Assembly: GCA_951406725.2 (NCBI GenBank)
Contig: OX597815.1
Coordinates: 172,112,001 to 172,176,000 of the forward strand
Source: Octopus vulgaris
Lineage: Eukaryota
Direction of reading: 5' to 3'
Length of the DNA: 64,000 bases
The notes below the pieces were generated by a model. That model made no database searches. It worked only from the letters and a program-made list of their open reading frames with translations, and had not been told where the DNA came from. Each line of letters opens with the position of its first letter. Positions within the stretch are counted from its first letter, which is position 1. A program made the translations under genes and the position numbers. Shown piece by piece: positions 24,274-40,199 of the stretch.

Positions 24274-25236
24274 CTCTTTTTTGTTTTCAAATTTAATTAG
24301 CATTTTCAACATGGTGTGTGTGTAGTGAGAAAAAATTTGAAATGATATTACGACCAAATTTAAAGCTAAAGCCTTAAATTGCACTTAGCTGAAAGTGTGC
24401 CAGCATCTAATAAAGGAAAAGGATTAACAAAGTTTCCAAACCGGTGCCTTAATGCTTGCCAGGTGTTGGTTACACTCGTTTCGCAACTCAATTTTTTCAG
24501 CAAATTGTTCATAGAGATTTAAATAGTGAACTTCTAATTTAATTGTTTTTTTTTAAACAGTATACATTTCAAGTTCGCTTCTTCTTGTTTTTATTCTTCT
24601 CGAAAATAAGCAAAGAAACTACGATATATATCAGACATTTCGAAAAGGAATAACTTGCTACGCCAACATTTAGCAAATAACTGCATTAAGTCCCAGCTGA
24701 TACGTTTCAGGTCAGCTGGTAATTTTGTACAAGTGGTGTACGTACAATATTTTAAATAAGTTAGCTATTGTCAAAACTAGCATGTGGCAACAGCTCTATT
24801 TACAGCAGTTTTTGTTACCAAATTTTGGTAAATGTGATTTGCTGCCATTCTTCATTTAAACATTTGTAATCATTTTTGTAAATTAGTGCGAAAATATATA
24901 AACATGATTGAGAAACTGTTCTTGACGTGAAGTTGCATCGTGCAAAATGCGTAAAGAATGTACTTGCTTGCTCCACATTTTTGAGGGGAAATTCCTTTCT
25001 GATGTAGTAAACCGGAAAATTTAATCTAATTACTAAATCCAATGAGATCACAGTTAAGAAGTTTGCGGGTATTACAATAATGTATTTCAGTAACAATCAT
25101 AAACATGTTGTTCACACACATAGGCGCATGCATGGCTATGTGGTTCAGAAGTTCGCTTTGTAATCACTTGGTTTCGTGTCCAGTTCCACTGAGCAGCACC
25201 TTGGGTAAATGTCTTCTAATATATCTCCGGACTAAG

Positions 25237-25627
25237 CCGTCGAGCTGGCAGAAACGTTGGCACGCCGGGCGAAATGCGTAGCCGTATTTCGTCTGCCGTT
25301 ACGTTCTGAGTTCAAATTCCGTCGAGGTCGACTTTGCCTTTCATCCTCGATAAATTAAGTACCAGTTGATGAAAGTAGCGAAAGACGAAATACCTATTTC
25401 TTTTCTACCCACAAGGGGCTAAACACAGAGGATAAACAAGGACAGACAAACGGATTAAGTCGATTATATCGACCCCAGTGCGTAACTGGTACTTAATTTA
25501 TTGACCCCGAAAGGATGAAAGGCAAAATCGACCTCGGCGGAATTTGAACTCAGAACGTAACGGCAGACGAAATACGGCTACGCATTTCGCCCGTCGTGCT
25601 AACGTTTCTGCCAGCTCGCCGCCTTAA
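25237..25627. mobile_element. Tail-to-tail inverted pair of family B SINEs (25237-25368 on +, 25383-25627 on -)
   Basis: CGAGCTGGCAGAAACGTT..GCGTAGCCGTATTTCGTCTGCCGTTACG on plus, and its near-exact reverse complement at about 25490-25618. Confidence 0.85.
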
Positions 25628-25989
25628 CTAAGGTATAAATAATAGCGTGTAAATAATGGGTTAAAAATCCTTTAGGCTGAAAAAGTTAAAGGCTACCCAA
25701 GGGGCTCGAACATACTTCTGTGAATTTGACAAGTTCTCTACTATTGGACCAAAGCAATCCTTCGAATTTCTCGCATCTACTTTAGAAACTTTTTTCTTTC
25801 AAGCTAGAATTGTATGTTGTTGATGTCATAAGAAATTAGAATCTTTGGAGAATGCGAAACAATTCTTGTCTTATTTTATTCTTTTTTTAGTTTGTTTTAT
25901 ATTTTATATTACATATTATTTTTTAAAATGATCAAGAATTGAACTTCTTGAACAGTGGATAAAACAGAACACACTCATTTGATCAAATA

Positions 25990-26170
25990 TTGATTTCAAA
26001 TTTTTGCACGAGACCAGAAATTTTGGAGCAGGGGTGTAAGTCAATTATATCGACCCCAATGCTCGACTGGTACTTAATTTATGGACCCCGAAGGGTGAAA
26101 GACAAAGTCGATCTAAGCGGAATTTGAACTCAGAACGTAAAGACGGCAAAAAACGCTAAGCATTTTGCCC
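25990..26170 (-). mobile_element. SINE family B
   Basis: Reverse-complement core and tail. Confidence 0.7.
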
Positions 26171-26699
26171 TCATTTGATCAAATATTATAAATATCTTAG
26201 TACCGCCAACATGTAGAATAGATCCTTTTGATTCTTATTTTAATGCTGAATATTTAGGAGGATTCTAAACTTATTCTTGATTAAAATTTGAGACACATAG
26301 CAGAAGTGATACACAAGACGATGAAAGAAAATATTTGGGAAAACATTCGGAAAAGACCAAAACATTTCTTCTCTGTCATTACAAAATCTCAAATAACGTT
26401 TCTGGACAATTCTTAAATGCTAAAACACACAAAATGATTTTCAATAGAAAATATTTTGAGATAAGTAAATGAATCGATTATTTCGGAGTCAGTTTAAATG
26501 AGAATGATATAGCTAGTATTACATTTACTTAAATGGACCAGCTCTACTAATACTGAAAAGTTTTGGACAGAAATGCCTTAAGAGATGTTGCTATATCCGC
26601 TCGATCTTAATCTCCTAATGTTACCAAATTTTAAAGCTGAAGTAAAAAGATTATTCAATAGTATCAATATTCTGAAAACGAAATTGGTAAATGAGATGC

Positions 26700-27270
26700 A
26701 ACTCCCAATGCTTGCGATAGAAACATCATGATAAATGCTACAAAGACTGTTGTTAACATGAAGTCACACTGAATAGGTTTGCCAGGAATGGACGCACATC
26801 TGACATAGAAATAATGTCAGCTGAAAATGCTGACGGATTTGGCGATTTAGAAGATTTGTAAGCTATTGATTCAGATATCTTAGCAAAGGTTTAATTTAAA
26901 CGCTTCCTTTTAAATAGAGTATCTAACCTTATTTTTAATTATTTAGCATTTTTAGCAAATTTTGCTCTTTTCTTCTTTTGGTAGAAATCTAGAATTAATT
27001 TTGAATTTCATTTTATAACACTGCAAAGGAGTCATTTATACAGACCAGGGGCTGCCATTGGCTAAACAAGTGAGGTCGGATATAACCGTTGGATGTAAAA
27101 TGGATGTAACAGTGTTCTATCAAAAAACCATATCACATAACTCATATTATTTCGAAAGAAATTAACAACAAGCATGAATTAGACAAAAAAAATGTTGATA
27201 AGAAAATTCCGTTCGCTTCAAAGAAACATGATTTATAATTACCCTTGCCTTTCAATTAATCAATTTACGG
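26700..27270 (+). pseudogene. Possible heavily decayed Helitron PIF1-helicase remnant
   Basis: Ordered fragments IGLPG, GLP..(K)VG, GCNSVL and SVRFKET*FIITLAF..IN resemble the PIF1 C-terminal motifs GLPPH.L.LKVG, LCNGTRL and FKR.QFP..LAFA.TINK. Confidence 0.35.
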
Positions 27271-30200
27271 TTTCACTTTAGTTTTCTTTCTTTCTATTTA
27301 TCTATCTATGAATTTGTTAATTATTAGAAATTGTATTTAGATTGTGAGCTGGCAAAATCGTTACCGCACTGATAAAATCGAGGTCGGTTTTGCTTTTCAT
27401 TCTTTCGGGGTCAATAGTATAAAAGTACCAGTTGAACTCTAGAGTCAATGTAATCAGTTCCCCCTCTCGTCAAAATTAGTAACCTGGTGCCAAAATGAAA
27501 AAGAATCATTTGTAAATGCTTTCAACATTTTAATTGTATGTTGCTACATTTTGTATTTTTAAGAATATACTTAACACACCAGAGTACAGTTCAGTCGACT
27601 AGTGTAAAGTTTTGTGTCTTTATATTTCTGAAGGTTTTAAACCGTTGCCCAACTACATGGTTATCAACTCAACCTGCTGTGGATACAATTCTGAATCAAT
27701 GATTTGAATTACAAGCATATTCTAAAATTATGGTTTCAAGCCATTTGTGCTTTACTGCTCGACTGTTATGCATTGAATATATTGAGCATTTATTTTACAA
27801 TTCAGATGGTATTAATCTAAGAGATGGATAAAGTTTACTATTCAAGTGAATCATAGTAAGATTCAAAATCAGGGGGCATAGAGCCGGAACAAATATCGCA
27901 AGGCATCCAGTCCGACGTTTTCACATATCCGCCAATTTACCAACAAAGATTGGTACTTTCTTTTATTTATTCCGAAAGGATGAAAGACCAATGTTGACAT
28001 AGGTGGCCGGGCATTTTATTTGATTCTCCAACGACTCTGCTAAACCAACTGTTTTTACTCAGCAAGCAAAAGTCATGATTAGTAAGTGGCTCATACGAGA
28101 ATTTCATTCAATAAAATGCAATTCAAAGACATGCTTCTTTTTTTTTTTATTTGAACGAGTACTTCCTTTTCGATTTCATACTTTGTAGAAGAATGTGTCA
28201 TCAAACTATAGGACGGAATGTGGGTCGCAAATTTGGAGTGGGATATTTTCTTGTTCAGGGTGACTCATAGCTCAGCTCCTTTGACTTCTAAGGAAATCTG
28301 TTTTTCACTTCACTGCACTTTAATTTCTGTAAAAAGAAAGAACACATGCAGAATGTAGATGACGGTATACACAGAACATAATTCATTATTTACATTATGT
28401 TTTCGAGGTTGTTGTTCTGCAACACTGCAGATATTTTACATCATTGTTTTTAGTAATGGCGCTTATGCAACTTGTACGTCAATTTGGACAACATGCACAC
28501 TTTTTCTTATCATTATAGCAATTCTATGTCAGTGAATAATGCATCCACATCCAAATTTTGTATTGACAATTGTTCTGAGAATTCTTTCAGATTTGTAATG
28601 TTGCTCGTATCGATATTCTCGAGGGATAGGCAAACGAGATTGGACAAATCAATTAAATGACTTTTTAACGATATGTATGATGGTCATACTGATAAAATCT
28701 TGAAATCCTTTCGGAGTATTTGCAACTTACGAAGTGTTGATCCCACATCTCATATCGTTTACAATTCTGTGAAAGAATACAACTAACAAATATCAAGTGT
28801 ATACGAGCCAAGTCTCTCTGTGAGCAACCACGGAAAATATATTCACGATTTTCTCAAGAAGATAGTATTTAGGAAAGTTTTGAAATTGAGCCACCAGAAC
28901 ACGTCGATTCACTGCAGGAAGAGGTGCCAGTTATCTAGTAGCCACATGCCTCAATAAGTCTTTCCAGAATTTTTTCACCTCATCATGTTGCAAAATACGC
29001 ATATGGCTTAAACTCAACGTTTTAAGAGCCAACATCCAACTCTTCAATGAAGATTGAAATTGAGTCGGAAATTATGTGCTTGGTCATTCCCTTTTGTATA
29101 TCATCATTTTCTTTTCTCGTGAATGCCAAGTTGTTGATACTAAAGTTGACACAGCAATTATCGGGACTAAAACCATAGTAGTTAATTTTTGTCAGGTAGT
29201 GATCGTTCAGTGTTTGCAAAAAACATTTACTAATTCCACCTGCTGATTCATGTGTGTTTTCTAAAAATGATAATAGTTCTGGATTCTGCTGTTCAGTCAT
29301 GGATAAAAATACTTAATAGCCCCAGTGGACATCTTTCTATTCTGGCGATTAGAAGCTTCTGTTTACACTGCAAACGAGACAATTGTCTTCTCTAACAAAG
29401 TACATTTCTATAGCTTTTGGTCGTAGTACATTAACTATTATTGCTTCTGATTCAGTTTTCCTACAATGCATAACAGATGCAGTAATACAGTCACTTTTCT
29501 AAACATTGTTTTTGTTCAAGTGAAATCCACGCTGTTGTAGGAATGGAGGTACATAAGGGTGTGAAAAAGCTCAGGTGCTGCCCGTGCAAAGAGTTTAGTC
29601 CTTTGTGAGTCGTTTCTTTTTTTTTACAGATATTTTTTTTCTTTCAGTCTCTCATTCTGACTGTCAGCCATAACATTTTTTTTGTGTTCCTGTTCTTTTA
29701 CATTACTGCATTTGCCACGAACGACCGTTCGCAATATGGTTTTGCAGACGCTGCTGTATGCATTCATCGCATCTCCTGATACTGGCTCGAGTTAATACAT
29801 CCCTTTCCTCCATTCTTGCATAAATTTTGACATCCTCTTCCATTGTTTCTTCAAAATATTTATCATCCGCTGAATCTAACGCCATGTTTCCTAAGATGAA
29901 AAAAAAAAAAGGAAAAAAAAAGAAAAGAGATGAAATTAGAAAATTATCAAAAATAAATCATTATCTAGTTATTCAAATAATATAGGACGTGTACAAAGAG
30001 AAATGCCGGAGCGAGTCAAGACAGACTAAAGGTTTTCGAAGCGGTATTTTAAAAAATTAGGGCCAGTCGAAGGTGTCTGAAAACTGGGAGACAATCTGAC
30101 CCCACCACTGTTTTAGCACATAATCAGTCAAGGTTGATAGATAGAGAAACCTTGCTCTTCTAGAAAAAATTAAGTTATTTTCCCCGATATCTTCAAAATA

Positions 30201-30690
30201 GATTTCAAGCTTTTTACGACAATTTTTTTCATTATATTACATGAGCTTAACTGAAAATAGGTGAATAAACGATATCAGTTAAAATTTTAAAATATTAAAA
30301 AATCCTTATTGTTTTATCTAAGTGTAGGGGGCGAATAGTAAATGTAGGCCTACGCTCAACTAATATTATAGCTATTAATTTAACTATTATTTGAATCACA
30401 ATAGCTGATGAAGCTACTGGATGTCGCTCAACTTTGGATGAACAAAACCTTATAGGCAAAAGAGCTGTAAGCTAATGGTAGTGATTATACAACTCTTGTT
30501 CTTTTGTCATTCAGTTATTAATTATTATTAAAATTTGTAGTTTTCTTCTGGTTCATATATATCCGGGTTGGAGGACGTCAGTGAATTAATTCCATCTCGC
30601 TACTGGAACTTCGTAAAACTGCATCATAACTATAAGTATATTGAGTTCCAACAACTTATTGTCCCTGCTATGATAAAGAAGAATTATACA

Positions 30691-30806
<116 letters not shown>

Positions 30807-31389
30807 GGAAACAAAATAACCTATTGCATCATAAAAATGCTGAAGTTCAGTGAAAGCCCACAAATTATATCTATAGCGCAATAAAATTTTGATTCTCTTT
30901 GTATGAGTATCCAAAATATACTAAATAAATTCCGTTTAACACTGTTTTGGCTAGTTTTCCACATTTTAAGAATCTACTTTAACTGCACACAAACACAGCC
31001 TCCAAGAGAAACCTTGCAAGGTGAACGAAGACTGCTTTCGACCTATTCCGGGTGGTGTTGAGAAATCTTAAATTTGAAAGGGACCGTGAGTTTTTCAGTG
31101 AAGGTCCTATCAGATATTAGTCGAGTCCTCCTCAGATCTCTATGCCCCGGAATGCTGTATAGGTTGAAAATCTTTCTTATATGTCCAGATCCTGTATAGA
31201 CTATATTTTCATTTGTCTAATCTAGTTCTTCGTGTATATGAAAAAGTTATTACTTTTACATTACTGCAAGCAAAGTAGTAGAGTAAGAAAACTAATGGAC
31301 AAGACAGACAGACAAATAGACAGACACACACATACATACATACATACATACATACATACATACATACATACATACATACATACATACAT

Positions 31390-31621
31390 ACTCTTTTTCT
31401 CTTTTACTTGTTTCAGTCATTTGACTGTGGCCATGCTAGAGCACCGCCTTTAGTCGAGCAAATCGATCCCAAGACTTATTCTTTGTAAGCCTAGTACTTA
31501 TTCTATCGGTATCTTTTGCCGAACCGCTAAGTTACGGGGACGTAAACACACCAGCATCGGTTGTCAAGCGATGTTGGGTGGGGGACAAGCACAGACACAC
31601 AAACATATACACACACATACA

Positions 31622-31656
<35 letters not shown>

Positions 31657-31808
31657 CGACGGGCTTCTTTCAGTTTCCGTCTACCAAATCCACTCACAAG
31701 GCTTTGGTCGGCCCGAGGCTATAGTAGAAGACACTTGCCCAAGGTGCCACGCAGTGGGACTGAACCCGGAACCATGTGGTTCGTAAGCAAGCTACTTACC
31801 ACACAACC
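31390..31808 (-). mobile_element. SINE family A inserted in (TACA)n
   Basis: Near-identical to the other family A copies. Confidence 0.88.
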
Positions 31809-31827
31809 ATATACATACATACATACA

Positions 31828-31860
<33 letters not shown>

Positions 31861-32389
31861 GTATTTACACCTTTAGAAACAAGGAATACTGGTAGAACAC
31901 TCCAACAAAAAGAGCAATTCGTTGCAAACATAACAGACCTATATTGTTCTGAGAAACAGGGAACAAAAGCCATGCACTGTTGTAGAGGTCAGCTGCCCAA
32001 CGAATGTGAATTTTCAATCAAATGTTCAGGGAAAAACAAAATGAACATCTATGGTGAATTAATGAAAAACATATAGCACTTGTACCCTGACCATAAATTC
32101 TCATTTGTACCTATAATCATAGATGCATTAGGCTATGTATAAAAAAATTCACACAAAAACCTAGAAATACTAGGTTTTCCGAAGAAAAAGCAAAAGAAAC
32201 TGCTGTAAATAATTGGGCGTATGTATGCATCGACAGCTCCACTTAACCACATATTTATAGACACCGGGAATTTTCTTAAAGAGAACTTCAATAAAAGCTC
32301 AAGGAAAACATGCATACGTACTTATATACATATATATATATACATAGACTTATATATACTCAAGGATGCGCACGTACGCACACCGCTCA

Positions 32390-33395
32390 AACGTGGGTTC
32401 GAAACTGGCTATGATCTATTATTTTCCACCTGATATCAAGTGGGGTCCATTGGTCTTTAAGGTTCCACACATGGCAGGCCAGGGACGTGACATACTGTCT
32501 TTCTGGGACCCTGAAGGATGAATGGTAGTTGTGGAAACGACGTTTGAAAGATATACAGGCTGATTCGAAATATTTACAAACTTGAGATATAGTTACATTC
32601 GCACTCCTGGTATATCTCTGATAAGCTCCGGGACTGGGGATGCTGTTGGTAACACCGTTGCTGACACAGTCGATATGGTGCAATGATCCGGCGGTCTTAT
32701 CACCGTGGTTATCACTAGTGGTCATATGATTGGCGATGTAGCGTTTGTGCAGGTGCAGCCGGCGGTAACAAAAAGTGCGAGGCCGGTCATCCCCTCGGTG
32801 TCGATGATAATTGTTTGGTCATCATCTGTGGTGGTGGTACTTGAAATGCCGGATACCTCCTTTGAGTCGCTGGTCCTGGATTGGTCATCTTCGCTAGGTA
32901 TAGCGATGGTACTGGTGGTAATATATGGTGCGTGGCTGGTCACTCTATCTGTGTTTATGATAATGGTTTGTTCATTATCTGTGGCAGTGGTACTGGGGTC
33001 GTAGATTACATCCTCTGTGACGCCGGTCCCAGACTGGTCATCACCTCTGACTCTGGTGACTGTACAGACGTGAGATCTGGTTAATCTGCTAATATTGCTG
33101 TTGGGCGGTACATTGCTGGTAATGCGGATAACAGGTCTAGGTATCACCGAAGCTTCATAGATGACTCCTTCAGCCTCGCATCGGCCTCCTGCTGGACAGT
33201 TATTATATACCCTGCAAGAACAACCTGCCCCTCACTTGTATTGTGGGTACTTGTTAAAATGCGTTTTATGTTAGGTGCGACGTAGAAAGTTTAAATATTT
33301 ATGTCTTTGTATAGAATCTAACGAGCTGTCCACAAGGCTTTGGCTTTGTGGATATGAAACCTTTGGTAACTCTATGTCCAAACTAAAATTTTTTT
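32390..33395 (-). pseudogene. Penelope-like element C-terminus (linker, Cys motif and GIY-YIG endonuclease) with a large Thr/Ser/Asp-rich insert
   Basis: Minus strand: PNIKRILTSTHN...CSCRVYNNCPAGGRCEAEGVIYEASV-[insert]-KYFESACISFKRRFHNYHSSFR...TSLACHVWNLKD...IRWKII. This matches the PLE pattern CxC...CP..G.C....VIY.A.V / YIG...FK.R..NH..SF...T.LS..IW.LK...I.W.I. Frameshift near 32722. Confidence 0.8.
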
Positions 33396-33420
33396 GTATA
33401 TATATGTATATATATGTATG

Positions 33421-33508
<88 letters not shown>

Positions 33509-34609
33509 AACAAATAGATATAGATAAAGGGACAGACAGAAAGACAAGCAGACAGGCAGACAGGCAGACAGACAGACAGACAGACAGAGATAGTGATTGT
33601 TGTTTAATTCTAGGCCAGCTCTGGGCGAATTGGAGGCATACCGACCATGACCATCTCCTCCTATTATGGCTCAGTAGGACTTAAGTTTTATTTAATCATT
33701 TAAGACAGCAGATCTTGATTTTGAGGAAATTTGGTGGCTACCTCTCATAGGACGAACGACCACGAAGAAACTCCATGGCTCAGAATCGATGCTAAACACC
33801 ATGTCAGCCTTGACGGAGTAGGCTAATGACCAATGGCATTCCTGCCATGACAATCCAGTCTTCTTCCTATGTGCATGGAACCCAGGACCATATTGTCCAA
33901 CGTATCTTTTTTTTTTTTTTTAGGATTGTGAAGACTGATTTTAGTGAGATTTGACAGACATTTCTAACAAATCAAGTAAGCTTTTAAAGAGACTTCTTCG
34001 TTGGCTTATGTCCCAACATAATGGCAAATAAAATGGTCGACTGAAAGAAAACTGTCAGCTAACAAGGTGTATAGGCAATCAGTTTTACTCTTACACATAG
34101 CTGTAACACACATACGAATATATCGCATTCACAAATCTACATACAAAATCAGAAACACGCACATACCTACACAGACACGACAGCACAAAAGAACCTATTT
34201 TAATCATTAAGCTAAGAAAGAATCCGATCAAGACGAACCTAATAATCACAACAATGCGTTTTGGCAGAACAAAAGCAACAGATAAAAACACTGTTGCGCA
34301 TTGTGTGTAATTCATTTGGAATTGGTAAAGGAATGTAAACATCGAAAAACTTCGGTTATGCCTGATCATCCAATCAATCGACTGCGTGCCTAACAATCTA
34401 TCTGTCTGCTTTGCCAACTTACTTGCCTTGTCTATCGGTCCGCCTGCCTCGGTCGTCTGCTTGGCGATGCTGTTTTTTAGCGTGTCATCTTGAAAAGAAA
34501 TACCATATGTGATACATTTACTAAGTCGCTGCTCCGAAGAACAAGGTAAATATTAGTACCATTTTGTACACATACATATTTAAACGTATTTACTGTTATT
34601 GTTTGTCTG

Positions 34610-36265
<1,656 letters not shown>

Positions 36266-36882
36266 ACACATGCAAGCGTGTGTGTATGTTTATGTAAAGG
36301 GAAGGGAAAGATGATAAGAAAGAAAAGAATAAGACTTTTGAGAGCATTTGTTTTCAAAAAATATAATTAATCATTAAACTCTGCATTTCATAACTTTACC
36401 AGGTAACATATAACAAATACCTATAATAGATATTCATATAATACTCTTTTGTACCCATGGGCCAGTATAATTTGTTGGATTAGTTAGTGTTACCTCGCAA
36501 TCTATGTATCTTGCACATTTTTTAGAAGAATGAAGCCCCTTCTATTTTTTTTCTCTCTTTTTCTTGAGGTTTGGAACGTATTTACAGTTTATTTGTCCTG
36601 TCTGTAGCACATGAAATTCCAAAGATCCAGTTTTTGATGACATGATAGTAATATATTTAAAAAACGAAAACATTAATGGAAAAAAAAAACATTATATGAG
36701 ATCATAGTCCTTCACATAGTCATGCGTTCGTATGATCTGTCCATACGTAACATACATTGCATTCTGTCATTCGTACGAATAAAATTCATAAATGGATTCT
36801 CCACCACTCCAACACACACACACATATATGCACTCATATATATGTGTATACATATATATGTGTATACATATATATGTATGTT

Positions 36883-37007
<125 letters not shown>

Positions 37008-37375
37008 CGGATGTACTTGCATAGAAAGTGACCTATATATATATATACTATAAATTAGGGTATCTTTGAGATACCACCATGCTGAAATACCAGTCAAAAC
37101 TCTGACCCTAAAACCACCTTATATGTTCATATCGCGCCAGGAGAGAAGACAAAGAGACAAAATAAACTAGCAAAAAAGATTTTACTGATAATTCAAGATC
37201 CTGAATTTCTGACTTTGCTTCAGAGAAGCTCTGCTTTCTTCAGTTGAATATATCAGATAAGCACATATCTTTTAGATAGCCTAATTTATAGTTTTAAATA
37301 ATTATTATCTTTGTATGATATTTATTCCCATGCTGGCCACTTGATAAGATCGATATTTAAATATCGATATTATCC

Positions 37376-37439
<64 letters not shown>

Positions 37440-37474
37440 GTGTGTATGTATTAATGTTTGTATGTCAAGTTATA

Positions 37475-37734
37475 ATCCTTTCCACAAGAGGCACAAGGCC
37501 TGATATTTTGTGGGAGAGGGTAGGCCGCTTACATCAACCCTAGTACGCAACTGGTACTTAATTTATCGACCCCGAAAGGATGAAAAGCAAAGTCACTCGG
37601 GGCGAAATTTGAGCGTAAAGGCGGACGAAATGCCGCTTGGTATTTTGTCCGGCGTGCTAACGACTCTGCCAGCTCATCGCCTTATGTCCAGTTGTAGTAA
37701 AATCAACTTTACATTATCAACACTATTCTTGTAA

Positions 37735-37792
<58 letters not shown>

Positions 37793-37870
37793 TTAATCCT
37801 TTCTACTAAAGGCACAAAATGCCGCTTAGGATGTCGTCCAGCGTGCTAATGATTCTGTCAGCTCACCGCC

Positions 37871-37930
<60 letters not shown>

Positions 37931-38082
37931 GTGATGATGAGTTCAACATTTTGGCACAGGTCAGCAATTTTGGGATATTCTATCGACCCCAGAGTTTAAC
38001 TGGCATTTATTTCATCGACCCCGAAGAGATGAAAAGCAACGTCGACTTCAGCGGAATTTGAACCCAGAATGTAAAGACGACA
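37475..38082 (-). mobile_element. Cluster of diverged family B SINE pieces separated by (AAT)n
   Basis: Reverse-complement cores at about 37550-37610 and 38010-38065; heads at about 37685 and 37872. Confidence 0.7.
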
Positions 38083-38123
38083 AATGATATGTGTGTGCGC
38101 GTGTGGAGTGTGTATGTGAGTGT

Positions 38124-38188
<65 letters not shown>

Positions 38189-38682
38189 CTTCTGTGTAGA
38201 TATATGTATGTGTGCATGTATATCGATAGAGTTGATTTAGATAGCAGGTACTTTATCAAAACAGATGTTGCCGTTTCTAGCCCCTAAGTCACTCCTATAA
38301 TCAAAGACATTCCAACCGTAATCTTCCTATTTTTATTTCAGCCATACTGCATCTCAGACTACATTATTTCAATGTGTCATTTGTTTCAAGACAAGGCAAT
38401 GTGATTTGAGGATGATTTGGCTGCTTTTTCTACCATTTCTAACAACCATGTCTAAGCTTACTCTTGCATTGAAGTGCGTACAGGCGTATATGCATGTATG
38501 TGGCAAAGATAAAATCGTGTTCTCATGATGTAAAAGAGTTTGTGTTGTCTAGGCATCTCATTCTATTTTATTAATATTTAAACATTTCTCACCTGCCGCG
38601 TTATAAGCAATAAAATTGAGACAGCTGATTTTATACAATTGATAATTAATTGTATGAAACCAAAACATCATTTATATATATA

Positions 38683-38990
38683 CAGTGATTGGACAAAACA
38701 ATGGAAACACCTTAAAATTTCAAGCAAATTTATTTTAATATGGGGTAGGACCGCCTTTGGCAGTAATTACAGCTTGAATTCTATGAGGTATGGACTCGTA
38801 AAAAGTTTGAATTGTTTCCAAAGGAACTTTTGCCCATTCTTCAGCTAAAACAGTCGCCAGTTCTTGTAGTGATTATGGTGGAGGATATCGACTCCTTACT
38901 TGTTTTTCTAAAATGCACCATAAATGTTCGATAATATTGAGATCTGGGAACTGTGGTGGCCTGATAAGATGTTCAACTTCACTAGAATGT
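38683..38990 (-). mobile_element. Tc1 transposon 3' end (TIR plus transposase C-terminus)
   Basis: TA-CAGTG terminus; minus-strand RPPQFPDLNIIEHLW (the WPxxSPDLNPIEHLW motif) at about 38918-38962. Confidence 0.8.
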
Positions 38991-39339
38991 TTCCTTCTCG
39001 AGCCTACAAGAGTAAACAAGAGAGACAGAGACAGGCGGAAACAAGGAAAACCAGCCTTGTATTTGAATACTATGCAAATATTCTTTTAAAAACTTTTCTT
39101 TTAATTTTTCCAAAATTAATTGTTTTCCATACTTACAATTGAAAAAGTCTCAGTGACTGAAACCGGTACTGAAATTTTTTTTTATAAAATTATTTTACCA
39201 TTTTCTACCTTGACTTTTTTTCCATATATATCAACTCGTGTGTTCCTTTTCAACCTTATATATATATATGTGTGTTAGTGTGTGTGAGAGTGTGTGTGTG
39301 TGTGTATGTGTGTATGTGTGTGTAAGTATATGTATAACG

Positions 39340-39592
39340 TAACCGACCAGACTCTCAGATGCTGTTGCATATCGCTAGTTTCAATGCGCTTTGCATCGTT
39401 TTAACCATCAAATGACGCCACCCCACTGGCGAGGCGAGTAGGCCAACACTCCACCTTGATCGAAAAAGGACTTGCGCAACAGGAAAGGACGTGTTTTGTT
39501 CAAGAACACAACGTGCCGCCCGGTCTGGGAATCGAACCTCCACGATCTAGCGATCGTGATTGCAACAATCTGACTACTAGGTCATGCGCCTT
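39340..39592 (-). mobile_element. tRNA-derived SINE with a family C-like head
   Basis: Minus strand GAAGGCGCATGACCTAG...GGTTCGATTCCC...TGTGTTCTTGAACAA resembles the 22528 head. Confidence 0.65.
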
Positions 39593-39723
39593 CACATACA
39601 TACATTCATGCATACATACATACATACATACATACATACATACATACATACATACATACATACATACATACATACATACATACATACATACATACATACA
39701 TACATGCATGCATGCATACATAC

Positions 39724-39754
<31 letters not shown>

Positions 39755-40199
39755 CATACATACATACACACACATATTTATCCTTGTTTTAGTGTCTATG
39801 ACTGTGTGTGCGCATGCGAAATTAATTAATTTCAATATCCAAATTATTCAAATGGAACCTATACAAACAAATATCATTTATATGTTGAAATATGTAGATT
39901 ACATGGTGTATCAAGATATTTCTTTTGTTGAGTATGTAACGAACTTAGTGTGAGCGTGAATATCTTGTCTTGTACTTTCGGGGTACAAGAAAGCAATCAC
40001 TCACTAGCCGTTGCTTTAATAATCCAGAATTCTACCAGTCAGAAACAACAAGACGCAGACGTAAAATATATATATATACTACTTTATTCTCTTTCTTGGT
40101 AACAATAACAATAAGTGTGTTATCTGATGTCCTTGGTTCGGGGCGCGCAAGGCTGAAAGTTAATCGATTGTAATATTTACAATATTCAGCCGCCAAAAA

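Noticed and set aside
32722-33147. Mucin-like host exon
   Set aside because: In frame with PLE Cys and GIY-YIG motifs, so part of a retroelement.
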